Position numbers and translations under genes: made by a program. From a virus, in the IMG/VR virus record IMGVR_UViG_3300036978_000319, positions 1 through 64,000 of that record: a stretch of DNA of 64,000 bases; one strand, written 5' to 3'. Position 1 is the first letter of the stretch, and each line of letters starts with the position of its first letter. This document shows, piece after piece, positions 1 through 8,666 of the stretch. Under the pieces are notes generated by a model that worked only from the letters and a program-made list of their open reading frames with translations, was not told the origin of the DNA and ran no database searches.

Positions 1-100
1 GGCTAGAGAAAAGGCCGGCACCGATAATTTTGATGAATCGCTACGAGGTAAACGTAGGTCATTTTCATATAAAACCCCCACTGTTCTAACCCCAAGTGTT

Positions 101-310
101 ATGACTGAGCGGGAGCAACTTTTTAGAATCATACTCTGTAACTTAAGGGAAAACACTTATGAGGCTCGTAAGGAAGCGTTGCAAAGGATGCTAGATTTAG
201 GATACATTATTATAAGTAGTAATGGTCTTTATGAAATCCAGGGAGATGTTAGATGGGACGATGTATGGCCACATCCACAATTAGGAATAGTAATAAGGGG
301 AACTATCTAA
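101..310 (+). CDS. hypothetical protein
   Basis: 69-aa ORF ending just before promoter element copy 1; no recognised motif. Confidence 0.5.
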   Translation: MTEREQLFRIILCNLRENTYEARKEALQRMLDLGYIIISSNGLYEIQGDVRWDDVWPHPQLGIVIRGTI

Positions 311-318
311 GCAGCATA

Positions 319-381
319 GATTTAACAATTCCTTAACATAGGGATGGTACCAGTCAGTAGAATTTAGTTATATTTAACTAT
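319..381 (+). promoter_or_regulatory. tripartite early promoter-like element, copy 1
   Basis: GATTTAACAATTCCTTAACA at 319, GGTAC at +27, TATATTTA at +50; upstream of ORF 397. Confidence 0.85.
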
Positions 382-396
382 AGACAAAAGGCAAAA

Positions 397-729
397 ATGG
401 CAACAAGATCAAGAGTAGGTATCATCAATCCAGACCAAACCATTAGCAGCATATACTGCCATTGGGACGGCTCACTAGACACTATGCACCACACCCTTAA
501 CACTCACTATAATAGCCAAGATGAGGCTCAATCCCTAGTGGATATGGGTGATGCTAGTTACATACATGAAACGATTGCAGAGTCTAAGTTTTATCATCGC
601 GACAAGGGTGAGGATCTATGCATAGATACAGCTCCTAGCCTAGATAGCTATCTAGAGCTAGCCGAAAGTACAGGTGGCCAGTGGGCATATCTATGGAACG
701 GCCAATGGTGGTCATACTATAAGATATAA
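397..729 (+). CDS. conserved phage hypothetical protein
   Basis: MATRSRVG...SIYCHWDG N-terminus recalls a widespread phage protein family; A-rich leader. Confidence 0.7.
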   Translation: MATRSRVGIINPDQTISSIYCHWDGSLDTMHHTLNTHYNSQDEAQSLVDMGDASYIHETIAESKFYHRDKGEDLCIDTAPSLDSYLELAESTGGQWAYLWNGQWWSYYKI

Positions 730-750
730 GGGAACCTGATAATATACTAA

Positions 751-921
751 ATGGAATCCATCGGAAAGATAACCACCGGCCAACAGCTTAAATGGCACCG
801 CCAGCACCGGCGTATGGATGACTTGGCTAGCAACCCTACCGGATGGCCAGCAGTTGATAAGGTTCACAAGTCAGCTAGGGGGTATACACGAAAGACCAAA
901 CATAAAGGGAGAGATCATTAA
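751..921 (+). CDS. small basic protein, ArfA/BrfA-like ribosome rescue factor candidate (not in ORF track)
   Basis: Hand translation, 56 aa: MESIGKITTGQQLKWHRQHRRMDDLASNPTGWPAVDKVHKSARGYTRKTKHKGRDH; C-terminal HKSxxxYxRKxKHK. Confidence 0.5.
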   Translation: MESIGKITTGQQLKWHRQHRRMDDLASNPTGWPAVDKVHKSARGYTRKTKHKGRDH

Positions 922-923
922 GT

Positions 924-1193
924 ATGACAAAGAGAGATAGGGATATCGGGCGAATAGTAGACCTAGCCACATTTGGCATCCTAACGGTCTGTGCCACGTT
1001 GGCCATTATATGGATTAGCGGTGGTATACTTACTCATACCAACGAGATAGCGATTGCCTGGGCGCTTAAGCCAGTATATAGGGTAGTAGCCTGCCTTGGG
1101 TTGGTATGGTTTGCCATATTTATAGCCGGCTGTCTCATCCAGTCCATTATGGCTAACCGGGACCGGGAGAACCTAACTAGAAGGGATCCATAA
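924..1193 (+). CDS. small two-TM membrane protein
   Basis: Two hydrophobic segments; ends ENLTRRDP, like the C-termini of the next two ORFs. Confidence 0.6.
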   Translation: MTKRDRDIGRIVDLATFGILTVCATLAIIWISGGILTHTNEIAIAWALKPVYRVVACLGLVWFAIFIAGCLIQSIMANRDRENLTRRDP

Positions 1194-1399
1194 TGAGGGA
1201 GATAGAGCAAGTCAGTGAGCAAGTCAATGAGCAAGTCAATAGGCAAGTCCATAGGCAAGTCAATTGGCAAGTCTATATGCAAGTCGATGGCCAAGTCTAT
1301 ATGCAAGTCCGTAGTCAAGTCCGTGGGCAAGTCAATGAGCAAGTCCATCGGCAAGTCTATAGTCAAGTCCAAAGTAACCTAACTAGAGGGAATCCATAA
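1193..1399 (+). CDS. QVxx tetrad-repeat mini-protein, array 1 copy A
   Basis: In-frame 12-bp CAAGTC-N6 repeats; TAATG stop/start overlaps at both ends. Confidence 0.65.
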   Translation: MREIEQVSEQVNEQVNRQVHRQVNWQVYMQVDGQVYMQVRSQVRGQVNEQVHRQVYSQVQSNLTRGNP

Positions 1400-1569
1400 T
1401 GAGGGAGATAGAGCAAGTCCGTGATCAAGTCTATAGGCAAGTCCATACCCAAGTCTATAGGCAAGTCCATACCCAAGTCAATGAGCAAGTCTATTGGCAA
1501 GTCCATGGGCAAGTCTATAGGCAGGTCTATTGGCAAGTCAAAGAAAACCTAACTAGAGGGAATCTATAA
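1399..1569 (+). CDS. QVxx tetrad-repeat mini-protein, array 1 copy B (not in ORF track)
   Basis: 56 aa: MREIEQVRDQVYRQVHTQVYRQVHTQVNEQVYWQVHGQVYRQVYWQVKENLTRGNL; paralog of 1193..1399. Confidence 0.6.
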   Translation: MREIEQVRDQVYRQVHTQVYRQVHTQVNEQVYWQVHGQVYRQVYWQVKENLTRGNL

Positions 1570-1756
1570 CCAGACTCATACAGACTATAGTCTGGATTAG
1601 AATTACTAGTATAAAGTGACACTTGTGCCATGAAGGTCCCATTATAAGAAAGGTAGTATAGTATGGCTAGCCGGTCTTTTTCCTGGCATGCCCCGCAAGG
1701 GTGCATTGGTAGACATAGAGACCCTTTCCCTAGGCCGGGTGGCATAGTGGTTACTG

Positions 1757-2683
1757 GGTCATATCTGGGTCACTATTTTAGGCCATATTTAGGCTATATC
1801 CGGGCCATTTGGTCACTATTTTAGGCTATTTAGTCACTATTTTAGGCCATATCTATGGCTAGCCGGGCTATATCTAGGCTATTTGGGCCATATTTAGGCC
1901 ATATCTATGGCTGGCAGGGCCAATTGGTCACTATTTTAGGCCATATCCGGGCTATTTAGGCCATATCCTGTCCATTTGGTCACTATTTTAGGCCATATCC
2001 GGGCTATTTGGTCCATATTTAGGCCATATCCGGGCTATATCTAGGCTATTTAGGCCATAACCTGTCCATTTGGTCACTATTTGGTCCATATCTAGGCTAT
2101 TTAGGCCATATTTAGGCCATAACCTGTCCATTTGGTCACTATTTGGTCCATATTTAGGCCATATCTATGGCTAGCCGGGCTATATCTAGGCTATTTAGGC
2201 CATATTTAGGCCATAGCCTGTCCATTTGGTCACTATTTAGGCCATATCCGGGCTATTTAGGCCATAGCCTGTCCATTTGGTCACTATTTGGCCCATAACC
2301 GGGCTATATCTAGGCTATTTAGGCCATATTTAGGCTATATCTAGGCTATTTAGGCCATATTTAGGCTATATCTAGGCTATTTAGGCCATATCTATGGCTA
2401 GCCGGGCTATTTAGGCCATATTTGGTCCATATCCGGGCTATTTAGGCCATAACCGGGCTATTTAGGCCATAACCGGGCTATATCCGGGCTATTTAGGCCA
2501 TAACCGGGCCATATCCGGGCTATATCTAGGCTATTTGGTCCATATCTATGGCTGGCAGGGCTATTAAGGCCATATTTAGGCCATAACCGGGCTATTTAGG
2601 CCATATCTATGGCTGGCAGGGCTATTAAGGCCATAACCGGGCTATTAAGGCCATAACCGGGCTATATCTATGGCTGGCAGGCC
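1757..2683. repeat. non-coding array of shuffled 9-11 bp units
   Basis: Units TATTTAGGC(CA), TATCCGGGC, TATCTAGGC, TAACCGGGC, TATCTATGGC, ATTTGGTCAC; no ORF of 60 aa or more in any frame. Confidence 0.95.
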
Positions 2684-2812
2684 TGTGGCAGGTGTGGCGT
2701 GATGGCCATATACCGCTGGATCCTAGTGGCAGATGCAGAATATATGTACGTTCATATTTTACTCACTAGGCTAATAGAGGCCGGGTGAATGTCAATGTGA
2801 CTGGGCGGCCAT

Positions 2813-3190
2813 AAATTTCCAGACAATCCGGACCTCATCTGGAACAAGAGCATGAGATCTCCCAGGTACTAAAAAATTCCAGACTGGAAGGGACCTCATC
2901 CAGAACAAGAGCTGGGTATCTTCATAGATCTCCCTGGTATCAAAAATTCCAGACAATCCGGACCTCATCCGGAACAAGAGCTAGAGATCTTTGGAGACCT
3001 CCCGGTAACTAAAAAATTCCAGACAATCCAGAGCTCACTCCAAAACTCACTGGTAACTAAAAAATTCCAGACAACTCGGGCCCTACTCTGGAACTCACTC
3101 GTAACTAAAAAATTCCAGACTGGAAGAGAGCCTAGTAGGGAGAGGGGGCCCAGATCCTCAAATGTCTAGGCGACCTAAAAAATTCCGGAC
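2813..3190. repeat. seven spaced AAAAATTCCAGAC-type direct repeats (iteron-like)
   Basis: Copies end at 2824, 2884, 2954, 3024, 3072, 3120, 3190; first three also share GGACCTCATCxxGAACAAGAGC. Confidence 0.9.
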
Positions 3191-3435
3191 ATATAGGGAG
3201 TGACCCTAATATCTCTCTAGTACTAAGAGGGGCGAGGAAGGGATGGGAGAGGGTCATAGAGCGCTCCGGTACTTATAGGGTTGGGAGTGGGCCTAGCGGC
3301 CTAGCATACCCTCTATGGGAGTAGGGAGTAGAGCGAGAGACTAAAATGTGTTTCATTCCTGTACACATAGTGTTACTATTAGTTTGGAGAGGGACATACT
3401 TGGGTATCCCTATAATCTATTAGAAACTTAAAGGG

Positions 3436-3648
3436 ATGAGAGACGAGGAAAGGGAGATAGGTACTAGGGTAAGCGAGGGTGTGAGGCATGTGAGGGCTAG
3501 CCTGGATAGGCTGGCGACACGTGGAGTGAGTGGGAGTGCCTTTGGGCATGTGTGGACTAGGGTGACACGTGGAGTATATGACCAGGTGGGTGCGAGGGTG
3601 TATGAGAGGGTGGATGACAGGATGTATAATCAGGTAATTAGAAAGTGA
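3436..3648 (+). CDS. RV/QV tetrad-repeat mini-protein, array 2 copy A
   Basis: Val at about every fourth residue; ends YNQVIRK. Confidence 0.6.
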   Translation: MRDEEREIGTRVSEGVRHVRASLDRLATRGVSGSAFGHVWTRVTRGVYDQVGARVYERVDDRMYNQVIRK

Positions 3649-3851
3649 TGAGGGATGTAGGAGGTATCATAAGTATTAGGGTAAGGGAGAGGGTGAAGAG
3701 GGGCATGATGTACCGGGTGAATGCTAGTGTGTATGACCGGGTGTGGAGAAGGGTGGATGATCAGGTAGAGAGCCGGGTGAGAGGACTGATAGTGTGGCAA
3801 GTGTGGAACCTAGTAGATGAGCAACTGTATAATCAGGTAATTAGAAAGTGA
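3645..3851 (+). CDS. RV/QV tetrad-repeat mini-protein, array 2 copy B
   Basis: Starts MRDVGGIIS, ends YNQVIRK; GTGATG overlap with previous stop. Confidence 0.6.
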   Translation: MMRDVGGIISIRVRERVKRGMMYRVNASVYDRVWRRVDDQVESRVRGLIVWQVWNLVDEQLYNQVIRK

Positions 3852-4054
3852 TGAGGGATGTAGGTGGTATCATAAGTGTTTATGCAAGAGAGCAAGTCTA
3901 TGATCAAGTAAGTAGGCAATTAGTTGTGAATGATCAGGTGAGTAGGCATGTGTGGGAGGTTGTGTCGCGTGGGATATATGTCCAGATAGGTGCGAGGGTG
4001 TATAACCAAGTGGATGGTAAGTCAGGTTGGAGACGTAGTGTGACTAGTCTATGA
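3848..4054 (+). CDS. RV/QV tetrad-repeat mini-protein, array 2 copy C
   Basis: Starts MRDVGGIIS; QVYDQVSRQ tetrads. Confidence 0.6.
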   Translation: MMRDVGGIISVYAREQVYDQVSRQLVVNDQVSRHVWEVVSRGIYVQIGARVYNQVDGKSGWRRSVTSL

Positions 4055-4093
4055 CAATGAGCATGCTTAGGTCTCTAGATTCTCCTATGATAA

Positions 4094-4156
4094 GATTTAA
4101 CAATTCCTTAACATTGGGGCGGTACCAGCTCGCGTTTTATTGTTATATTTAACTAT
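4094..4156 (+). promoter_or_regulatory. tripartite early promoter-like element, copy 2
   Basis: Same 20-nt core, GGTAC at 4121, TATATTTA at 4144; upstream of sigma gene. Confidence 0.85.
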
Positions 4157-4194
4157 CAACAAACAAACTAACCAAAACTAACCAAACCAACATC

Positions 4195-4758
4195 ATGAAT
4201 ACTCTAACTTTCAAAACCATCGGCAAACTTAAGACCTCTACTAACCGGGTTGAGGCTAATATGAGACTCGTTGTCTCAATCGCCAAAAAGTACCAGGGAA
4301 TGGGCCTATCACTAGACGATCTTATTCAAGAGGGTGCTATCGGTCTTATCCAGGCTGACAAAAAGCATGATGAAAAGAAGGGTAAGTTTAGCTCCTATGC
4401 CTACCTATGGATTAAGGCTGTCATTACACGTGCTCTAAGCGAAAAGGGCAGAACGGTTCGGATCCCTTGCAGTCAAATCAAGAATACCGATGTTCATATT
4501 AAGACAAGTCAACTTGACTCAACGTATCAAGGAGTAGAGTCTCCGTCGGTCTACTCTGTACACGAGGACCAGGAACAAAAGAGAAAGATCCAAATGCTGC
4601 TTTCACGCCTTAAGCCGGCCCAGGTCTCAATCATTAAGCGTAAGTTTGGTATTGACTGCGAAGAGCAAGAGACCCGGGAAATTGCCGAGGACTTAGGTAT
4701 CACGGTTCAGGCTGTTAATAAGACGATCCGGGTAGCTATCGAAAAGATGTCAGCCTAG
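4195..4758 (+). CDS. truncated RpoD-type sigma70 factor (regions 2 and 4)
   Basis: [28 protein letters not shown]...RTVRIP region 2; C-terminal [17 protein letters not shown]. Confidence 0.9.
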   Translation: MNTLTFKTIGKLKTSTNRVEANMRLVVSIAKKYQGMGLSLDDLIQEGAIGLIQADKKHDEKKGKFSSYAYLWIKAVITRALSEKGRTVRIPCSQIKNTDVHIKTSQLDSTYQGVESPSVYSVHEDQEQKRKIQMLLSRLKPAQVSIIKRKFGIDCEEQETREIAEDLGITVQAVNKTIRVAIEKMSA

Positions 4759-4818
4759 TAAGAAGTCCCTATAATAGGAATCAGATTTAATAGTAAAACT
4801 TTAACTAATCATAAAAAT

Positions 4819-5070
4819 ATGAAAACAGAAATGAACATCAACAGATCACAAAAAGCCCAATCTCTATTAAGCGCTATTATGCAACGCTTGTGTATTCACT
4901 CAATGATAGTGTTGGCATGTTACCATATATGCAATACACTATTACTAAATGATGGATGGTTAGACATCGTATTTGCTATAGCCTGGAGTGGAAATGCCTT
5001 TTGGTTGCCTGACTACTTGGATTGGTTTGATGCACCGTGGGAAGGGAGTGAAAAGTGGAATTCAAAATAA
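4819..5070 (+). CDS. small membrane protein
   Basis: 83 aa, hydrophobic and Trp-rich. Confidence 0.5.
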   Translation: MKTEMNINRSQKAQSLLSAIMQRLCIHSMIVLACYHICNTLLLNDGWLDIVFAIAWSGNAFWLPDYLDWFDAPWEGSEKWNSK

Positions 5071-5133
5071 GATTTAACAATTCCTTAACATTGAGTGAGT
5101 ACCATTTCGTGTTTTATTGTTATATTTAACTAT
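5071..5133 (+). promoter_or_regulatory. tripartite early promoter-like element, copy 3
   Basis: Core at 5071, AGTAC at 5098, TATATTTA at 5121. Confidence 0.85.
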
Positions 5134-5153
5134 CAACTAACCAACTAACCAAA

Positions 5154-5990
5154 ATGCAAAAACTAGTAAGAATCAACCAAGTATCGTATGACAAGGACCT
5201 ATTCAAAGCATGGCAGCTTGGGTCGGCTGTGGATCAAATGTTTTCTGTTGGTGGCGGTATACCAAGAGCTACAAACTGGATGGTGACAGGAGATCCCGGT
5301 GTAGGCAAGTCAACTGTTATGTGTGACATTCTTGCTGATGCTGCAAAGAACGGGTCTAAGGTACTTTTTATTAGTGGAGAGATGAACCAGGTTGACCTCT
5401 ATCTTTATGTAGAGCGCTATCCTAAATTTGGAGCTCTTGACATCTTCTTTCCACAAGATGTTGATGATTGCCCAATGGAAGCAATTAGAGAGGTACTCAA
5501 TCAGGGCTGGGATATCGTAATGCTTGACAGTTTTGTTGAAGTTCAAGAAATCATTAAGGAGGCAGGTGGTATGTCAACTAAGGCAAGCGAAAAGTGGATG
5601 CTTGACCTAATGGCTGACCATAACGCAGGCAAGAACACTGGTAAGCATTATACCAGCTTTCTAAACATACAACAAATGACCAAAGGAGGTACATTCGTTG
5701 GCAGCAATCGACTTAAGCACATGACGACTGGTATGATGGAGATCCGCTTTGTTGATGAAAATGAAGAGGACCGTTACATTGTCTTTTCAAAGAATCGTCG
5801 TGGGCATGTAGGCAAGAGACTCTACTTTGATCTCTCAAGCCCAGAAAATGTCATCTATGACCAAGAGAGGTTCAAAAAGACAGAGGAACTTCATATGCTC
5901 AAAAAGCGAGAACGTCTAGAGATTAAGAATGGCACTGCTATGTTTGACGAGCTATTTAAGCTTACAAGCGATGAGACCGATGAAAATTAA
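5154..5990 (+). CDS. RadA/Sms-like RecA-fold ATPase (no Zn finger or Lon domain)
   Basis: Walker A GDPGVGKST, FISGEM, Walker B VMLDS, GSNRLKHM, KNRRG (cf. RadA KNRFG). Confidence 0.8.
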   Translation: MQKLVRINQVSYDKDLFKAWQLGSAVDQMFSVGGGIPRATNWMVTGDPGVGKSTVMCDILADAAKNGSKVLFISGEMNQVDLYLYVERYPKFGALDIFFPQDVDDCPMEAIREVLNQGWDIVMLDSFVEVQEIIKEAGGMSTKASEKWMLDLMADHNAGKNTGKHYTSFLNIQQMTKGGTFVGSNRLKHMTTGMMEIRFVDENEEDRYIVFSKNRRGHVGKRLYFDLSSPENVIYDQERFKKTEELHMLKKRERLEIKNGTAMFDELFKLTSDETDEN

Positions 5991-6067
5991 TCCTTTCTAA
6001 CGGTTTCATTCCACACTACTCTTGCTATATTTAGATAGATATAACTAAACAACCAAAACTAAACAAC

Positions 6068-7210
6068 ATGCAATTTTTAAGTCAACAAGTTTTCAATGAA
6101 CGCGCACAAGTGGCCGCTACAACAACACCGATTCGTAAGAAGCTCACCTTCTCCGAACTATCAATCGTCGGTGCTGACCGAATCATGGTGGACGGTCAAT
6201 CAATTCAAATAACAGAGGCTGGGTTTAAGTCCCTTCTTGGACGTCTTAGAATCCCGCCGGCATTTGCCAAGAGATTTGGTGATGCCTGGGGTGAAGACGG
6301 ACTTAAGCAGCTACTTGAGATGGTGAAGGCCGGTCGTCTAGGTAAGACTGATCTTGAAGTGACCCTCTTGGCTGACCCAACTACCCGTAAAGTAGTTGAC
6401 TTCCTTCCCTCAACTGCAGCTCATATCTCAAATCAGAGCTTTGTTGAATTTGCTACTCGTATCATCGACCAATGGGGTCTTAACCCTACCCACTTTGGAA
6501 CAGACCCTCTCGGTGGAGTTCAGATCAATACTCTACATGATAGTCATGTGTTTAAGATCCCTGGTCTCACTGATGAAACCTTTAGAGCAGGCGTAAGTTT
6601 TTCTAACACGCCACAGCGTGGTCTTGAGGTGGTTCCCTTTACAGAACGTACTATCTGTGCAAATGGTATGATTATTCGTCTTGCTGATGATACGTTCCAA
6701 CTTAATCAGTTAACGCCTGATAAGATTAATGAGTTTAATGAAAGAATGTCTGATGCAGCCTATCTTGGCTTTCAGTCTCCCTCGCTGATTGAAAAGATCA
6801 GAAGAGCAAATGTCACCACTGCTAGTCTACTTGAGGTAAACCATGCAGCTATGACAATCCTTAATTCAAATAAGGGTATGAGCTGGGATCGCGTTAATCG
6901 TTACATCCCGGTTGACAGAATCAATCAGGCTTACTCAACGAGAGGAGTTGAGACTGAAGAGTTGTCAAAGGCACAAAAGCGAATTGCAAATAGTGGTATG
7001 ACAGTATGGGATGTTTGCAACGGTCTTACCAATTTTGCATCAAACGATCAGACTCAAATGACAGACTGGAGCCGCATGCAAGTTATGGGTGGTGCTGGCA
7101 ATCTTCTTAAGAAGGCTTTCTTTGATCGTGAAGCTGTTATTGGAGTAGATCCATTTGGAGGAGATCGTATACTTACAAATCGTCAAGCCGCAATTGCCCG
7201 CGGTGAATAA
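6068..7210 (+). CDS. DUF932-like phage protein
   Basis: GVSFSN...ERTICANGM and TVWDVCNGLTNFA patterns resemble DUF932; weaker promoter GTTTC-N18-TATATTTAG at 6003. Confidence 0.55.
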   Translation: MQFLSQQVFNERAQVAATTTPIRKKLTFSELSIVGADRIMVDGQSIQITEAGFKSLLGRLRIPPAFAKRFGDAWGEDGLKQLLEMVKAGRLGKTDLEVTLLADPTTRKVVDFLPSTAAHISNQSFVEFATRIIDQWGLNPTHFGTDPLGGVQINTLHDSHVFKIPGLTDETFRAGVSFSNTPQRGLEVVPFTERTICANGMIIRLADDTFQLNQLTPDKINEFNERMSDAAYLGFQSPSLIEKIRRANVTTASLLEVNHAAMTILNSNKGMSWDRVNRYIPVDRINQAYSTRGVETEELSKAQKRIANSGMTVWDVCNGLTNFASNDQTQMTDWSRMQVMGGAGNLLKKAFFDREAVIGVDPFGGDRILTNRQAAIARGE

Positions 7211-7250
7211 GTGAAGGCAGGTTTGGTTGGTTATAGCTGGTTCGCCAGTG

Positions 7251-7283
7251 AGGCAGAAGGGGTGGTTCCCTTCTGCCTTTTTT
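7251..7283 (+). terminator. rho-independent terminator
   Basis: AGGCAGAAGGG-GTGGTT-CCCTTCTGCCT followed by T run. Confidence 0.9.
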
Positions 7284-7296
7284 GTTTGTTGCTGAT

Positions 7297-7304
7297 GATA
7301 TATA
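7297..7304 (+). promoter_or_regulatory. GATATATA late-promoter-like motif (representative copy)
   Basis: Same octamer shortly upstream of starts at 22816, 32827, 39722, 40914, 43109, 51841, 55731 and on - strand at 16053-16060; GATAAATA at 28857, 31163, 56520. Confidence 0.75.
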
Positions 7305-7325
7305 AATCAAATTAAAAAATAAAGA

Positions 7326-8666
7326 ATGAAACAAGTACTATCATTTAGCGAATGGGTTATGACGGAAGGCATGACCGCTGGCGCAACCGGGATTGTTGAT
7401 CATAAGCTTTCACAAGCAGCCGATGTCATTGCCTCGTTTATGAATCGTAAGACTGGTCTTGGCTTTGCACAGTTTCCCTTCATGGTTTATGTTGACGGTG
7501 TTGCTGGAATTATGTATTATAGTAGTAAATCTGACGCCGCGTTTAGAGTAGGCTCAGGCACTGCTGGTACACTCGTAGGCAGCCTAGATTGGTTGGATCA
7601 ATTTTGGCAAGACAGTAGCACATTCACAATCACAAGCGATGAGTTTTCAATTGTGCAGTTAGTGGGAGAGTTTGCTAGACTTGCTCTTGATAAGAAGGCA
7701 GTTGATGCTGCTTTACAAGAGAGTATACTTGTCGAGAGTAAGGATGGGCTTCTTACACCTGAAGAGATAAAGATCATCTCTCGCAAACTAGATAGCGGAG
7801 AAAGCGCTATGGCAATCAGTAAAAGTCTTGGGGTAAGCTACGGTCAAATTCTTAAGGTTAAAAAGGGTGTAAAGGTTAAAGAAGATCGCTCACCAGTAGA
7901 GCAAGAAAATGAAATGACTCTTGCTGATAAGGTCCTATGGATGGAAGAGACAATGGAAGATGTCTATGAAATTACACGCCGTGTTGCCGCAGGTGCTTTC
8001 AATAGTCTATTCATTAGCGGCAGAGCAGGTACAGGTAAGACATTTAGTGTTGAGCGTGCAATGCATGACGAAGGCCTAGATGAAGGCGAAGACTGGATTA
8101 AGGTTAGTGGCTCGGTTAGTACTATTATGATGTATAAAGCTCTATATGACTACCGTAATAAGACTCTTGTCTTTGATGATGCCGATGCAGTCTTCTCTAA
8201 TGAGGATGGCAGAAACATTCTTAAGGCAGCTCTTGATACTAAAAAGATTCGTAAGATCTCATATATGAAAAAACTTGGTATGCTATATGACCCGGTTGAC
8301 TTTAGAGACAACCCGGAAGGAGAATTCAATGCACTTGAGAGTGGCTTAATACCTAACCAATTTGAGTTTGCAGGTCGGGTTATCTTTATTTCAAACCTTT
8401 CTAAAGATAAGGCTGACCCTGATGGCGCAATTCGCAGCCGAAGCATTCTTATAGATGTTAACCCTGATGATGCAACCTTAATGGAGCGTATGCGTCTTTT
8501 GCTTCCACACCTTGAACCAAAGGAACTCCCAATTGCTGATAAGGAAGAGATCTATGAGTTTATGAAGCAGGCACGTGACATCAGTATGAGGACTTTCGTT
8601 AAGGCGGCTGGGTTTAAGCTGGCGGGTCTTCCTAATTGGAAGAGAATGGCTAGCAGGTATCTTTAA
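7326..8666 (+). CDS. AAA-family ATPase with central HTH and CTS-like N-terminus
   Basis: Walker A GRAGTGKT, Walker B LVFDDAD, FISNL, AIRSRS; N-terminus MKQVLSFSEWVMTE. Confidence 0.8.
   Translation: MKQVLSFSEWVMTEGMTAGATGIVDHKLSQAADVIASFMNRKTGLGFAQFPFMVYVDGVAGIMYYSSKSDAAFRVGSGTAGTLVGSLDWLDQFWQDSSTFTITSDEFSIVQLVGEFARLALDKKAVDAALQESILVESKDGLLTPEEIKIISRKLDSGESAMAISKSLGVSYGQILKVKKGVKVKEDRSPVEQENEMTLADKVLWMEETMEDVYEITRRVAAGAFNSLFISGRAGTGKTFSVERAMHDEGLDEGEDWIKVSGSVSTIMMYKALYDYRNKTLVFDDADAVFSNEDGRNILKAALDTKKIRKISYMKKLGMLYDPVDFRDNPEGEFNALESGLIPNQFEFAGRVIFISNLSKDKADPDGAIRSRSILIDVNPDDATLMERMRLLLPHLEPKELPIADKEEIYEFMKQARDISMRTFVKAAGFKLAGLPNWKRMASRYL

Noticed and set aside
319-339. Alphaproteobacterial host inferred from the CtrA-like box
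   Set aside because: The match is real, but SD-less A-rich leaders and TAnnTTT elements favour Bacteroidota; host remains unproven
1034-1372. Minus-strand DLxI-repeat ORF
   Set aside because: Antisense shadow of the CAAGTC repeats; the + strand has coupled stop/start junctions
2813-3190. CRISPR array
   Set aside because: Core repeat only about 13-19 bp, periods irregular, spacers related to one another, no cas genes
7236-7250. tRNA (GGTTCG T-loop-like)
   Set aside because: No cloverleaf; only a short hairpin before a terminator
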